From NCBI RefSeq assembly GCF_003790525.1, contig NZ_CP033636.1: a DNA stretch of 64,000 nucleotides; one strand, written 5' to 3'. The notes beneath the pieces were generated by a model that worked only from the letters and a program-made list of their open reading frames with translations, searched no databases and was not told the DNA's origin. Every line of letters begins with the position of its first letter. Position 1 is the stretch's first letter. Shown one piece after another: positions 1-9,492 of this stretch. Made by a program: the position numbers and the translations under genes. Origin of the DNA: Escherichia coli (lineage in GTDB: Bacteria; Pseudomonadota; Gammaproteobacteria; Enterobacterales; Enterobacteriaceae).

Positions 1-464
1 GCCGTGTTCCAACCATGAAAGATCCCGTCTCCACAGCGAGTGTTAAAAGCAAGAATTTCATCCCTGACCTGGTAAGCGAGCACTTCTGGCATATCAATAA
101 ATTCAGGTAAGGAAAGAAGAATCCCATGGATAACTTCTCCGGTTAACTTACTCATAACCTCTTCCTCAGACAGGGCAGCGTCCGGGAACAAACACGACGG
201 AAGTGAAAAACAACATAGGTCAAGACCAAGAGCAGCCCTTCCTGCGTCGTAGCCTTCTTCATTAACGACAAAACGAAAGAATTTTTCAGCCTCACCCAGT
301 AATGTTGACGGTCCTTCAGACGGAACTTCAATACCACTGAAGACTTTATCGGTCCAGTTGGTAAATGGACTGGTGAAAACCCAACAAATTAAGGATAACG
401 CCAGCTCTTCCTTAAACATACGTTCAGTGCCGGTTGTTCTGGAAAGTTGCTTTTGAGTACTCAT
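1..464 (-). CDS. hypothetical protein (partial; C-terminus lies beyond window start)
   Basis: Manual minus-strand translation: ATG at 464-462 with in-frame stop immediately upstream (470-468); frame stays open down to position 3 (about 154 codons, MSTQKQLSRTTGTERMFKEELALSL...). Missing from ORF track because truncated by window edge. No recognisable motif. Confidence 0.4.
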   Translation of the reverse strand, partial: MSTQKQLSRTTGTERMFKEELALSLICWVFTSPFTNWTDKVFSGIEVPSEGPSTLLGEAEKFFRFVVNEEGYDAGRAALGLDLCCFSLPSCLFPDAALSEEEVMSKLTGEVIHGILLSLPEFIDMPEVLAYQVRDEILAFNTRCGDGIFHGWNT

Positions 465-537
465 GTTTTACCTGTTGCATGAAATTATTGATGTTATATA
501 AACACAACCGGCATTTTATCTAATAGGTTTGAAAACA

Positions 538-795
538 CTAAAAATCGCAAATGCTGGTACCTTTCTGTTTTAAGAGATTTTCAAGGTAAAGTGAGCCGAG
601 ATCAATTGGCTGGTTCTCTTCAAGACAGGCTCGCACAAGATCTTCAATAGAGACCGAATCAACCCCCCTTCCCTGTAAAATTTCTTTAGCAGATGCCAGC
701 GTTTTATGAACGCTTCGACTTAGTTGTAATCTGACTTGTGTGCGGGTATCAAAAAGACAATCTTCTGTGACACTTTGTGAAACGGTTCTACTCAT
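538..795 (-). CDS. hypothetical protein (85 aa)
   Basis: ORF track; same strand and tight spacing with neighbouring minus-strand ORFs; no motif recognised. Confidence 0.35.
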   Translation of the reverse strand: MSRTVSQSVTEDCLFDTRTQVRLQLSRSVHKTLASAKEILQGRGVDSVSIEDLVRACLEENQPIDLGSLYLENLLKQKGTSICDF

Positions 796-802
796 TGAAA
801 AA

Positions 803-1393
803 TCACTCCATTTCTGGGATCGAATGAAAATTAACAGCTATAGATGTATCAGGTTTCCCATTTTCTACGATACTCAACCACGTACGCGCTGAGATTTGTT
901 GTTCACAGACGAGTATGTAACCTGTTCCCTGTTGATGATGTAGCTCAAGAGCTTTTAGGATAGGCCCTGAATGAGGTCCGAGAGCATCACGCGTGTGAAT
1001 AAGCGTTTGCTCTGGCAATACGTTGCTAAGCATAGACAGCAGAACATTACGCTCATCCTCATTATCCGACAAAACAAGAATTATACGAAAACCCGTTTTT
1101 ATACGAAATCTGATCTCTGAAACTAACTTTCTTAATCTTAATTTATATATGACCAGGCGGAATCGAGTCATCAGTAAAGAAACCACTGTGAAGATAACGA
1201 TTACTGCGCCATATTTTGACCTGTAGAACCACCAGTTAAGGCCTCCAGCAACTATCAGGATTAACATTAAAATTAAACTCCCATAGAAAAAAAGTGCTGG
1301 GTAGCGAGTTGTCTTTCCTTCAATTAGTGCTGAGGCAAATATCAAAATGGATATTCCGTAAATTACCCAGTCAAAAATACTTTCTCCAATCAT
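803..1393 (-). CDS. hypothetical membrane protein (N-terminal hydrophobic helices plus soluble C-terminal domain)
   Basis: ORF track 196 aa; N-terminal ~90 aa strongly hydrophobic (ILIFASALI..., LILMLILIVAGGLNWWF, AVIVIFTVVSLLM) followed by charged linker and soluble domain. Confidence 0.5.
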   Translation of the reverse strand: MIGESIFDWVIYGISILIFASALIEGKTTRYPALFFYGSLILMLILIVAGGLNWWFYRSKYGAVIVIFTVVSLLMTRFRLVIYKLRLRKLVSEIRFRIKTGFRIILVLSDNEDERNVLLSMLSNVLPEQTLIHTRDALGPHSGPILKALELHHQQGTGYILVCEQQISARTWLSIVENGKPDTSIAVNFHSIPEME

Positions 1394-1437
1394 TCTTTAG
1401 TGAACATCCTTAAAAGTGGAAATGTAGGTTTATGGGT

Positions 1438-1743
1438 TTATGCATTTTCCTGATGGCCTTGACAACCAAGGATTTCACAGAAATTGTCACAGTGTGAAGC
1501 TGTAACAAAGCGCTCTCCACGTTCGAATCGCTCAACCAAATCCTTTCTTACTTCACTTCCAGGTTTCTGGAAGATGTACTCAAGCTGGAGATCCTCGGCC
1601 GTAGAAAGTAGTCGTTCTATGCTGAAATCAACATGGTAAAAGCAAAACTGATTATCAACCGGGGGAAAGTTGCTTTTGGTACTGTTCTCGTTTTTGGATT
1701 TTAGTTCATTCATGAGCTCTCCTTGGTTGAGAACAGTATACAA
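1438..1743 (-). CDS. hypothetical protein (101 aa) with Cys/His cluster near C-terminus
   Basis: ORF track; C-terminal HCDNFCEILGCQGH cluster; no further assignment possible. Confidence 0.4.
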   Translation of the reverse strand: MYTVLNQGELMNELKSKNENSTKSNFPPVDNQFCFYHVDFSIERLLSTAEDLQLEYIFQKPGSEVRKDLVERFERGERFVTASHCDNFCEILGCQGHQENA

Positions 1744-1912
1744 ATCTCTTTAGGGATTTTTTTTCGTTAATAGCACTTTTTTGAGTTTAAAGAGTATGTT
1801 CATACCAGAGCATTAGAGGCTACGAAAAGGATAATGGAATTAGAAAGATAGATTTTAAGTGGTGATGTAAGGTGGGATAGGTAGAAGAGGAGTAGACGCT
1901 TGTAAGCGAGGC

Positions 1913-1937
1913 AAAAAAAAGGCACGGAAACCGTGCC
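1913..1937 (-). terminator. putative intrinsic terminator closing the long minus-strand operon
   Basis: GGCACGG-AAA-CCGTGCC hairpin (1921-1937) adjacent to A8 run on plus strand, i.e. hairpin followed by U8 on the minus-strand transcript, 40 nt downstream of the stop of the 1977-2939 gene. Confidence 0.55.
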
Positions 1938-1976
1938 ATAAGAGTATGTGAGAAAAAATCAAAATCAGGGAAAGAA

Positions 1977-2939
1977 TCAAGCAGCTTGTGAAACTGAATC
2001 TCCAACTGCAAGATTTAAATTTCTTAGGTTATCGAAAACTTCAGATACTAAGTCATTACGGTCGTGGATTTTAATCCGCCCACCGGTTAACTCTGAAACA
2101 TAAACGGTATGGCAGAGGTCAGTAACCACTTCGCCGTATTCATCAACGACTTCCAAAGATGCAATCATCGGAATATAAGAAGCCGCAGCATAGCTCTCAT
2201 AAATACTTATTATGGAGTCATTGTTGCGTCGAGAAATTACCCTACCAGAAGGTAAAGCCTCATCTTCCATATAGCAATCAGATAGGTCCTCACAGAAGTC
2301 ATTTTCTTTAAGTGAAATATTAAGGGTCAATTCACTGTTGATAGAGCGTGAATAAGAATATTCACTCAGTTTATAGCAAGCCAAACTAATATCACTAAAA
2401 GTTTCATAAGCTTTATAGAGGCTCGATGTTATAGACTCAGATACAAATGTTATTAGTCCAATAAAATGAGTATCCCAGAACTGTTGCAAAGCAAAACGGG
2501 CAATCATAACCTGACCATCAACCTGCATCAGTCTGTTATATTCATCCCGGTCATAACCTTTCGACTGAGAAACATCATTAGACATGCTAAGAACTTCACT
2601 ACAAACATCATCATATTCAAAACGACTAGTTGCAAAGTGTTTTCCTGAAATTTCAAGGTACTGACCAGAGACTGCGTCAAACACCTCAAGAAAGTAACAG
2701 AGTCGCGATTTTAAAGATTCTCTGTTTAAAGCTTCTATTTCATTCTCAGAGATACTATCGACATATAAATCAACAACATTCTTGAGTTCAATAGCTTTGA
2801 TATTACAGGTAAAAGAAAGCTCGTCACTTTGACAATGGCAAACACTTAATACTATATCCGCCTCATCAAAATCTATGCCAAGATAACTCAGAACTGCTCG
2901 GACATAGTTTTTATCATCAGATGAATGTGTCATATACAC
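1977..2939 (-). CDS. hypothetical protein, member A of tandem ~300-aa paralog family
   Basis: ORF track 320 aa; shares clear sequence blocks with the next gene upstream (VDGQVMIARFALQQFWDTHF vs VDGKVLVAKFALKQFFHSDF; DRNDLVSEVFDNLRN vs DRTLLITEAFDDFRN). Confidence 0.6.
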   Translation of the reverse strand: MYMTHSSDDKNYVRAVLSYLGIDFDEADIVLSVCHCQSDELSFTCNIKAIELKNVVDLYVDSISENEIEALNRESLKSRLCYFLEVFDAVSGQYLEISGKHFATSRFEYDDVCSEVLSMSNDVSQSKGYDRDEYNRLMQVDGQVMIARFALQQFWDTHFIGLITFVSESITSSLYKAYETFSDISLACYKLSEYSYSRSINSELTLNISLKENDFCEDLSDCYMEDEALPSGRVISRRNNDSIISIYESYAAASYIPMIASLEVVDEYGEVVTDLCHTVYVSELTGGRIKIHDRNDLVSEVFDNLRNLNLAVGDSVSQAA

Positions 2940-3104
2940 TACCTCGAATTTGAGAGGAAGTGCCCCAGAAGGGAAGCGACTTCCCCACTGGGTTAGATAA
3001 AAATTTGGTTAAGCTAAAAGAAGATGCCAGCGACAGATTTTACATTGTCATAGACAAGTGTCTTCAGCCAACCAAAGTTACTTTTTTGGACTGAAGCAAA
3101 AGGA

Positions 3105-4043
3105 TCATTGAGACGCGTTACGAAAATCGTCAAAAGCTTCAGTTATTAGTAATGTGCGATCAGTTACTCTGTATCGGTCATTACTTTCGAGAGATACGTA
3201 AGTTGAATGCGAAGAATCACAGACAACACGCCCTCTTTTATTGATCAATCTTACTTCCATCATCACCGGCACATTGATAATTGAAGCAACATCGGTATAG
3301 AGGGATATGAGGGCATCATTGTCACAATATAACGCCCCGTTCCCATCAAATGTATCGTTAAACTTAATATATATATCTGGCATATTTGCCGGATAATCAT
3401 CAGTATTGAAATCAATGCATAACTTTAAGTCATCATTAATACGGCGATTAATCTTATGCTGCCCTACACGTACAAAGCCATGTTCAACAGCTTTGATAAT
3501 CCTTAAAGTTTCATTAAGACAATCTGTAATTCTTTTCTCGACAAATGAGATAAAGTCACCAAAGTCGGAATGAAAAAACTGTTTAAGTGCAAATTTCGCA
3601 ACTAACACTTTCCCATCCACCTTCATTTTATCGAGATAAAGATTTCTTATAGCATCAGTAGAAGAATTAGCTTTAGATAACTCTTCACAGTCATTAATAA
3701 TCATTGAAACAATATCAATAACTTTAACTGGGCTTAAAGTATTACTATATCCGCGAATATCAAACGTAAAAAATCCGAAATTCTTAAATACTCCAAGAAA
3801 ATAAATTATTTTTTGTTTCAAAAGAATAGAATCGGAGTAAGATGCGTTGTGCTTTATTAGCTCAGATATGTAGAGATCCAACATACAATTTAAATTATCG
3901 ATATCTACATCGTAATCAAAGGTTACTTTGTCGAACGAAGTATCAGATAATTGAACGGTTATATCGTCAGCGGAAACATTAAGGCCTAAATTTTGATAAA
4001 GAAAGGCACTAACAAATTCCACGTGGTCAGATTCTTTAAACAT
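3105..4043 (-). CDS. hypothetical protein, member B of tandem ~300-aa paralog family
   Basis: ORF track 312 aa; paralogous to 1977-2939 (see shared blocks). Confidence 0.6.
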   Translation of the reverse strand: MFKESDHVEFVSAFLYQNLGLNVSADDITVQLSDTSFDKVTFDYDVDIDNLNCMLDLYISELIKHNASYSDSILLKQKIIYFLGVFKNFGFFTFDIRGYSNTLSPVKVIDIVSMIINDCEELSKANSSTDAIRNLYLDKMKVDGKVLVAKFALKQFFHSDFGDFISFVEKRITDCLNETLRIIKAVEHGFVRVGQHKINRRINDDLKLCIDFNTDDYPANMPDIYIKFNDTFDGNGALYCDNDALISLYTDVASIINVPVMMEVRLINKRGRVVCDSSHSTYVSLESNDRYRVTDRTLLITEAFDDFRNASQ

Positions 4044-4061
4044 TTACACTACCTCATGACT

Positions 4062-4106
4062 AAAAAGGAAGTGCTTCCCACCGGGAAGCAGGTTCCCGGA
4101 TGGGTT
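4062..4106 (-). terminator. intergenic compound GC hairpin (putative terminator/attenuator)
   Basis: Nested inverted repeats CCCATCCGGGAA...TTCCCGGTGGG and GGAAG..CTTCC with A5 on plus strand = U5 after hairpin on minus transcript; lies between stop of 4110-5030 and start of 3105-4043. Confidence 0.4.
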
Positions 4107-4109
4107 AGA

Positions 4110-5030
4110 TTAATTATAAAAGAGTTCTTCAGAAGGTACATGCATTTCTGGTTTGAACTGTTTTAAGGAGTTGTTTATAGCTTTTCGATATAACCCTGAA
4201 GAGTGTGGCTTAAACATTTGATATTCCGTAACGAGCAGAGGAGACGTAAAGCATCCTAAGTTCACTAGTGAAATACTTGATGTTTCTTCACAAACATCTA
4301 ATTCAGCGTATATCCGCCTCTTCATTACCCTGCCTGCTAAATAGCGACGAACATGATTTATAAACTTGTCCGCATCTGATATAGAATTAACTATATAATC
4401 AGATGTGACTATCTGATTAGATACAGTTTCAGGTATAGCTTCGGCTATTATTTTTACGTTCATTTCATAATCAACACTATGGAAGCAAGCAAGAATTTGT
4501 GGCTTCGCGCTTTCTAAAATCTTTTCAAGAACAGAAAAAATCAGAGAGAACTCGTTTAAAATTCGCTTTTGTATAAGTCCATGTAGATGTTTTATGAAAG
4601 GAGAACCGTGTTCAACAAGGCCTAGTATAAGATCCTTAGAGGCCAAATCTGAGCGGTAATAAACGTATTCTAGATTATCCCGGTTAAATCCTTTGAAAAG
4701 CAAATCAGGCTGCTCTGAGACCAGTCGTAAATGAGTTGAAGCTATAGAAACTTCAAAACGAAAGTTCGCGAGATTTACAGGACCTGCTTTTAATGTAGCC
4801 GCTTCGGAAAAATAAATGAAAAGAGGATGCAAATCATCGTTACCACTGTAAAGATGGTCTGCACCCTTAAGATATTTCACCAAATGAGGTAGAAAAGATA
4901 TTACTGGAATATCAGCCACAAATCGAATATGCCGAAATGGTTTTGAATCCAAATATATATTTTCCACTACAGCGCCAACAAAACCCATTTTAACAAGAAT
5001 AGATTCAACTAACTTTTGTATAGCATTCAT
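4110..5030 (-). CDS. hypothetical protein (~300-aa family, divergent member)
   Basis: ORF track 306 aa; N-terminal motif KLVESILVKMG resembles N-termini of the 5099-6049 and 6105-6983 products. Confidence 0.55.
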   Translation of the reverse strand: MNAIQKLVESILVKMGFVGAVVENIYLDSKPFRHIRFVADIPVISFLPHLVKYLKGADHLYSGNDDLHPLFIYFSEAATLKAGPVNLANFRFEVSIASTHLRLVSEQPDLLFKGFNRDNLEYVYYRSDLASKDLILGLVEHGSPFIKHLHGLIQKRILNEFSLIFSVLEKILESAKPQILACFHSVDYEMNVKIIAEAIPETVSNQIVTSDYIVNSISDADKFINHVRRYLAGRVMKRRIYAELDVCEETSSISLVNLGCFTSPLLVTEYQMFKPHSSGLYRKAINNSLKQFKPEMHVPSEELFYN

Positions 5031-5098
5031 TTCAATACCCTCTTAATAGAGGGATTTCTCCCATAGGGAGAAATCCCTATGGGAGAAAATAATTTTAA

Positions 5099-6049
5099 TT
5101 AATAATTATAGCGAAGCGCATGTTCTTTTTCACTAAGATGGTTTTCATATTCCGACTTACCAGAACTTAAACACTCTTTGAAAAAGACCTTTGAAAAATT
5201 CTTCAAGTCACTTCGGTTATTAATTTCTTTGTCAGACATCAACTTAGCTGAGTGTGAGGTATCAACAGGCCCCAACCACCATTCATATTTAATATAAACA
5301 CAATTGGTTTGTGTATGTCCATTTAGAAATCGTTTTGCATTTCTAAGTATTTTTCTACAACCGTTAAGGTCTGAAAGTAAGATATCTGGAGCAATGAGCT
5401 CTTCCAGAATATGACCAGGTAAGCCTTTCCTAAAAAGCTCAACATCGTAACTACAATACCAGTCACGATAATTAAAAGCTTTAATAAGTCTTTCAGGTGT
5501 ATCCAAAGATATCTTATTCAGGATTTTTAATGCAAAGCATACAGCATCTTTTAACAACTCGTGCACCTCAACATTGATAAATGAGAAAAACGAGCTTAAT
5601 TCTTTCTCTAAGGAATTATACAACTTACCGTAAATATCCTGAGAAAAAAGATACTGCAATCTTTCTTTATTATAAGTGCAATTCGAAATTGAATAGACTT
5701 CTCCTCTTTCGATTTTGCACCCTTCCCTTAAAACTATAGGAAACCTCAAATGGTTAACAAAGAAAGAATGATTCTTTCTTTGCTTCAAAGCATCTAATTG
5801 AAATTTCGTAATTTCCTCCAGATTTGCATCTTCAAAACCTGGAAAGGGAATATCACAGAAACAAGAACTATATGCTTTTGCTGATTCATACATAAACTCC
5901 AGTGAAACATCAGCATCAAAAGACATACCAGAGAACATGCCCTGCCCATTGTCTAAAAATGTAATGTTTTTAACCTGTATTTTTTTATGTTGAACAACCA
6001 AAAAGGCATTAATGATTTTTTCGATAATTTTCATGTGATCCTCTCTCAA
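5099..6049 (-). CDS. hypothetical protein (~300-aa family, divergent member)
   Basis: ORF track 316 aa; N-terminal KIIEKIINAFLV motif; true start may be the internal Met at residue 6. Confidence 0.55.
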   Translation of the reverse strand: MREDHMKIIEKIINAFLVVQHKKIQVKNITFLDNGQGMFSGMSFDADVSLEFMYESAKAYSSCFCDIPFPGFEDANLEEITKFQLDALKQRKNHSFFVNHLRFPIVLREGCKIERGEVYSISNCTYNKERLQYLFSQDIYGKLYNSLEKELSSFFSFINVEVHELLKDAVCFALKILNKISLDTPERLIKAFNYRDWYCSYDVELFRKGLPGHILEELIAPDILLSDLNGCRKILRNAKRFLNGHTQTNCVYIKYEWWLGPVDTSHSAKLMSDKEINNRSDLKNFSKVFFKECLSSGKSEYENHLSEKEHALRYNY

Positions 6050-6050
6050 T

Positions 6051-6094
6051 AAAAAAAGGGATCACTCCCATATGGGGTGTGATCCCCACATGGG
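6051..6094 (-). terminator. intergenic compound GC hairpin (putative terminator/attenuator)
   Basis: GGGATCAC...GTGATCCC and CCCATATGGGG inverted repeats preceded by A7 on plus strand (U7 after hairpin on minus transcript). Confidence 0.4.
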
Positions 6095-6104
6095 TATAAT
6101 TTAA

Positions 6105-6983
6105 TTAAAAATCTGTAAGACCTAAATCTTTATTTCTACCACAAACTGTAGAAGATATAAGACGTTTTACTCGCTTTCGAGCACTTCGGCCTGACGTATC
6201 TTTCAAGTACATCGGTAATGACAATGATGAAATTTGATTACTTCGCTTATGATGGCAGACTATATAGCCCTGCCTCCACCCCGAACGCACAAACTCACGG
6301 ATGCGGTTAATATATGCCGAAGCTTGAGATTTTGTACTTATCGATTCAGAACACTTTAAGTTCTGTTCGATAGAGTAAAGCTCAGCCGCCATGAATTTCA
6401 CCTCATACAGCTCATCGCCATAACTTATAGTTTTCAACAGCTCTTCCTTTTCCCGAATGAAAAATACTTGCTGCATTCCAAGGATCAGGTCATAGGCCTC
6501 TCGAAAGAGGTCGATAAGCTTATTACGAACATAAATCATAAACTCCTCAAAGTGCTGAAGCCAGAAATAAGCCGCATTACTTATTTGTGAATTGTGAGAA
6601 CAAACAAGCCCTTTAGCAAGCTCGACCTCTTCCTCCCGAAAAGTAAAGTTACTTTTCTTAAACCGACTTTGTTCAAAAATGCTTTGATGCATTTCTATCC
6701 ATACAGAAACAAAACCGAGGGATTCAAATTCTTCGTTTAACAAATGTAAACTTTCGAAGATTTTCTGAATTTCGATCCCGATGTCATATGACAGTGGACA
6801 TTCTTTTATAGAATAAACATAACCGGGTAGGAAGTGAGATAAATGCTCAGTTCGCAAATATAAACTGAATTTAAGTTCTGTCAGTGGTTGTTTCAAAGAT
6901 AACTTAGATGATTCGCTTATATTTACTGGTTCAACGCCATTTCTAATCAAAATAGCTTTTACCAGGTCCGTAGCTAACTTCAT
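6105..6983 (-). CDS. hypothetical protein (~300-aa family, divergent member)
   Basis: ORF track 292 aa; N-terminal DLVKAILIRNGV motif shared with neighbours. Confidence 0.55.
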   Translation of the reverse strand: MKLATDLVKAILIRNGVEPVNISESSKLSLKQPLTELKFSLYLRTEHLSHFLPGYVYSIKECPLSYDIGIEIQKIFESLHLLNEEFESLGFVSVWIEMHQSIFEQSRFKKSNFTFREEEVELAKGLVCSHNSQISNAAYFWLQHFEEFMIYVRNKLIDLFREAYDLILGMQQVFFIREKEELLKTISYGDELYEVKFMAAELYSIEQNLKCSESISTKSQASAYINRIREFVRSGWRQGYIVCHHKRSNQISSLSLPMYLKDTSGRSARKRVKRLISSTVCGRNKDLGLTDF

Positions 6984-7061
6984 ACAGCCTCCATTCGTTA
7001 TTGAGGCCTCCCTGATGCAGGTTGGCCATCAGGGAAAATATGTAAATCAATTAGCAATCAA

Positions 7062-7583
7062 TCAGACCGTTGCCATGACATTGTCAATGTATCTGACAAG
7101 GGATGGGCGGTCGTCCTGTAAGGCAAAACGGCGAAGGTCATCAAGATTATACGCAGGAAGATAATCAGCGTAACCTCGAATACGAAGGTCCTCAACCACA
7201 ACTTTTATATACTCAAATCGTCCAAGATTCCCTTTTAATGGGGGTTTTCCTGGACTAGACAGCATATCGTCTGCTTGCTCCCATGTGATTTCTTTAGCTT
7301 CACCACTATGTAGATCAAGATGGACATATATGAATGACTTATAATCTCCACGGCAACGAAGATAATATTTCGGATAGAAATATTTGTCACAACGCAACAA
7401 ACACGTTCCTGAAGGACGAACTACGTACAACAGGTTTCTGTCATTTTCTAATATGCTATGTTTCAAAATCGTTATATCTATCTCATTATCATGCAGCAAA
7501 TAGCATGACGATGGTTCATTGACGATGCGCGATTTTATAACAGCAGCAAATTTATTAAAAACTTCGTTAATTTGAAAATTCAT
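7062..7583 (-). CDS. hypothetical protein (173 aa)
   Basis: ORF track; within the co-directional gene string; no motif recognised. Confidence 0.5.
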   Translation of the reverse strand: MNFQINEVFNKFAAVIKSRIVNEPSSCYLLHDNEIDITILKHSILENDRNLLYVVRPSGTCLLRCDKYFYPKYYLRCRGDYKSFIYVHLDLHSGEAKEITWEQADDMLSSPGKPPLKGNLGRFEYIKVVVEDLRIRGYADYLPAYNLDDLRRFALQDDRPSLVRYIDNVMATV

Positions 7584-7774
7584 TAAAATGCTCTCCGATG
7601 TAAAACGACGAGCATCACCATAACGGTAATACTCCCGTTATGGGTTTTAATAGTTTATGGAATAACCATGTCATACAACCGACCATAGCCAGTAGTACCG
7701 CACATTTATTTAACTGAGCAAGCATCTCAGCCGTGAAAAGACCTTAAAGGCAGGTAATTATCACGAAGGAAAGC

Positions 7775-7822
7775 GGTTATCTTATCAATACAATTTTAAA
7801 ATATAATATTGATAAGATAACC
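7775..7822. promoter_or_regulatory. perfect 16-bp inverted repeat (GGTTATCTTATCAATA / TATTGATAAGATAACC) with 16-nt AT-rich spacer; candidate operator or structured site
   Basis: Read directly from sequence at 7775-7790 and 7807-7822; sits between primase stop (7854) and the next gene start (7583). Confidence 0.35.
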
Positions 7823-7841
7823 CCCCCCGCAAAAAGCGGGG
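7823..7841 (-). terminator. putative intrinsic terminator after primase gene
   Basis: CCCCCGC-AAAAA-GCGGGGG hairpin directly downstream of the 7854-9158 stop codon on the minus strand. Confidence 0.45.
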
Positions 7842-7853
7842 GAGTTATCGTTG

Positions 7854-9158
7854 TTACAGCTGATTAAGACATTCAGGAGCCCAGTGAATCGGGAATCCAT
7901 CCTGCCCTGTTAACTGGAGAACATCGTTCCAGTCGATACCCTTTTTCCCATCAGGAATATCTTGTGCTGGTTCGAAGACTTCAATTGTCAGCTTTGATGC
8001 GGGATATCGTTTAGCCAAAAACTCAACCATGCGGCTTTGAAGTCGCTGAGCAGCTTCAATACCGGCACGAGTGCCTTGTGAGTTAGCAATATCCTTATCC
8101 GCCCAGATATAAAAGTTTATAGATTTTACATCCGGCGGAGGCAGTAAAAAATCAGGAACAGTAACGTTTTCAAGGCACCATGCGGAGCTGGCTGCCCAGC
8201 ATGGTGTTGAAGTCGCTTCTACAACAGAAAGCGCGTTCTCGATCCCTTCAGCCACTCCCAGTGTCCAGGTCGAACTACCTGAATCATAGTGAGGGTCAAA
8301 CAACTGAATTGAGCCACCTGTCATATCGGCAGGAGGCTTCATCATCAGCTTTGGATTTTCTACAGGTGCCTTATCACCATTTTTGTCTACGTATGTTCTA
8401 TGAATAGTCAGAGGCCGACCTCGGGTGTCACGATAGATCGCAATCATTCCCGGATAGATAATCGATTTCTGCTTATCTTTATCCCAATAGTAGATCCGGT
8501 TATTAAAGCCTAAATCCTTTGGTAAGTGACTCAGTAAGCGGGAGATCCCACGATTACGGAGGTACAAAGCAACAGGAGTATTAGGCTTGATTTCACCGGT
8601 ATAGTGATACATCACATCAAGTTTTCGCATTCGCTTTGCCACTTCCTCTCGGTCAAGAGTTTCTGTGGCACGAACTGCTGATTTATAGCGTCGTTCATTT
8701 TCAATGTCGGCGTCAGTTAACGGAGCATGCAGATCCATCCCGAAAAAATCTGAGAGAATCTTTTTGCAAGTCTGCGTTTTACTTAATTCATAATATTTCG
8801 CCAGAACATCAATTCCGTCGCAAAACTCATTTACCGGAAAGTCATTATGGATCGCACATCCGGTATAAAGGTCTTTTTGTCGGAAACGAAACTTCGATTT
8901 CCCTGCGCCAGTAAACGGGCAAGGAACCTGGCTCGGGGCTTTTGCACAAGCGTCTTTGAAAGCAGGTATTCTTTCGAATATATACTTCCAGCCAGACACT
9001 TCAGCAATTCGAGCATGAACGAGTTTAATAAAGTGTTCAGATACTTCCTGTGGATTACGACGAAGAGCCGGGGATGCATAAGTCATGATGATCTCTCTTA
9101 TCTGGCATTGTGAGTTTCTCAATGCCTTCTGCGGTGCAGAAGACAGGGAGAAACCCAC
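7854..9158 (-). CDS. DNA primase (zinc-ribbon CHC2-like motif plus Toprim domain)
   Basis: ORF track 434 aa; CPFTGAGKSKFRF...C...H motif typical of primase zinc-binding domains (P4 alpha / plasmid primase type) and Toprim-like GVAEGIENALSV...DKD segment. Confidence 0.65.
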   Translation of the reverse strand: MGFSLSSAPQKALRNSQCQIREIIMTYASPALRRNPQEVSEHFIKLVHARIAEVSGWKYIFERIPAFKDACAKAPSQVPCPFTGAGKSKFRFRQKDLYTGCAIHNDFPVNEFCDGIDVLAKYYELSKTQTCKKILSDFFGMDLHAPLTDADIENERRYKSAVRATETLDREEVAKRMRKLDVMYHYTGEIKPNTPVALYLRNRGISRLLSHLPKDLGFNNRIYYWDKDKQKSIIYPGMIAIYRDTRGRPLTIHRTYVDKNGDKAPVENPKLMMKPPADMTGGSIQLFDPHYDSGSSTWTLGVAEGIENALSVVEATSTPCWAASSAWCLENVTVPDFLLPPPDVKSINFYIWADKDIANSQGTRAGIEAAQRLQSRMVEFLAKRYPASKLTIEVFEPAQDIPDGKKGIDWNDVLQLTGQDGFPIHWAPECLNQL

Positions 9159-9199
9159 AACGCAGAATTTAAGAAAGAGGGCCCGGGGGCCCTCAACAT

Positions 9200-9421
9200 T
9201 TATGCTTCAGTCGTGAAGCCATTATTCTCAAGACACTGTATGTAGTTATCTACAAGTAACGCAGCCTGCTGGCTATTACCCTCCGCTATAGTGACTTCGC
9301 GGAAGATTCTTTCCTGAGGGCTATCATTGCTTATAACTTCACCAACACGTCCGAAAATACGGACTTTATGCATCGCACCGACTTTTTCATGTTCTACACG
9401 GTAAGTTTTTATCTGAGTCAT
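9200..9421 (-). CDS. hypothetical protein (73 aa)
   Basis: ORF track; flanked by intergenic hairpins in the operon; no motif. Confidence 0.4.
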   Translation of the reverse strand: MTQIKTYRVEHEKVGAMHKVRIFGRVGEVISNDSPQERIFREVTIAEGNSQQAALLVDNYIQCLENNGFTTEA

Positions 9422-9448
9422 ATTTTGCTCCTTATTCCTTCATGGAGC

Positions 9449-9485
9449 AAAAAGACCCACCGGGGCCTTTTGCCCCGATTGGGTA
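9449..9485 (-). terminator. intergenic GC hairpin (putative terminator/attenuator)
   Basis: CCCACCGGGGC...GCCCCGATTGGG imperfect inverted repeat with A5 on plus strand side. Confidence 0.35.
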
Positions 9486-9492
9486 GAGTTTA

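Noticed and set aside
152-337. 61-aa minus-strand ORF
   Set aside because: Lies in a different frame inside the longer open frame 1-464 that has a proper start; likely a shadow ORF.
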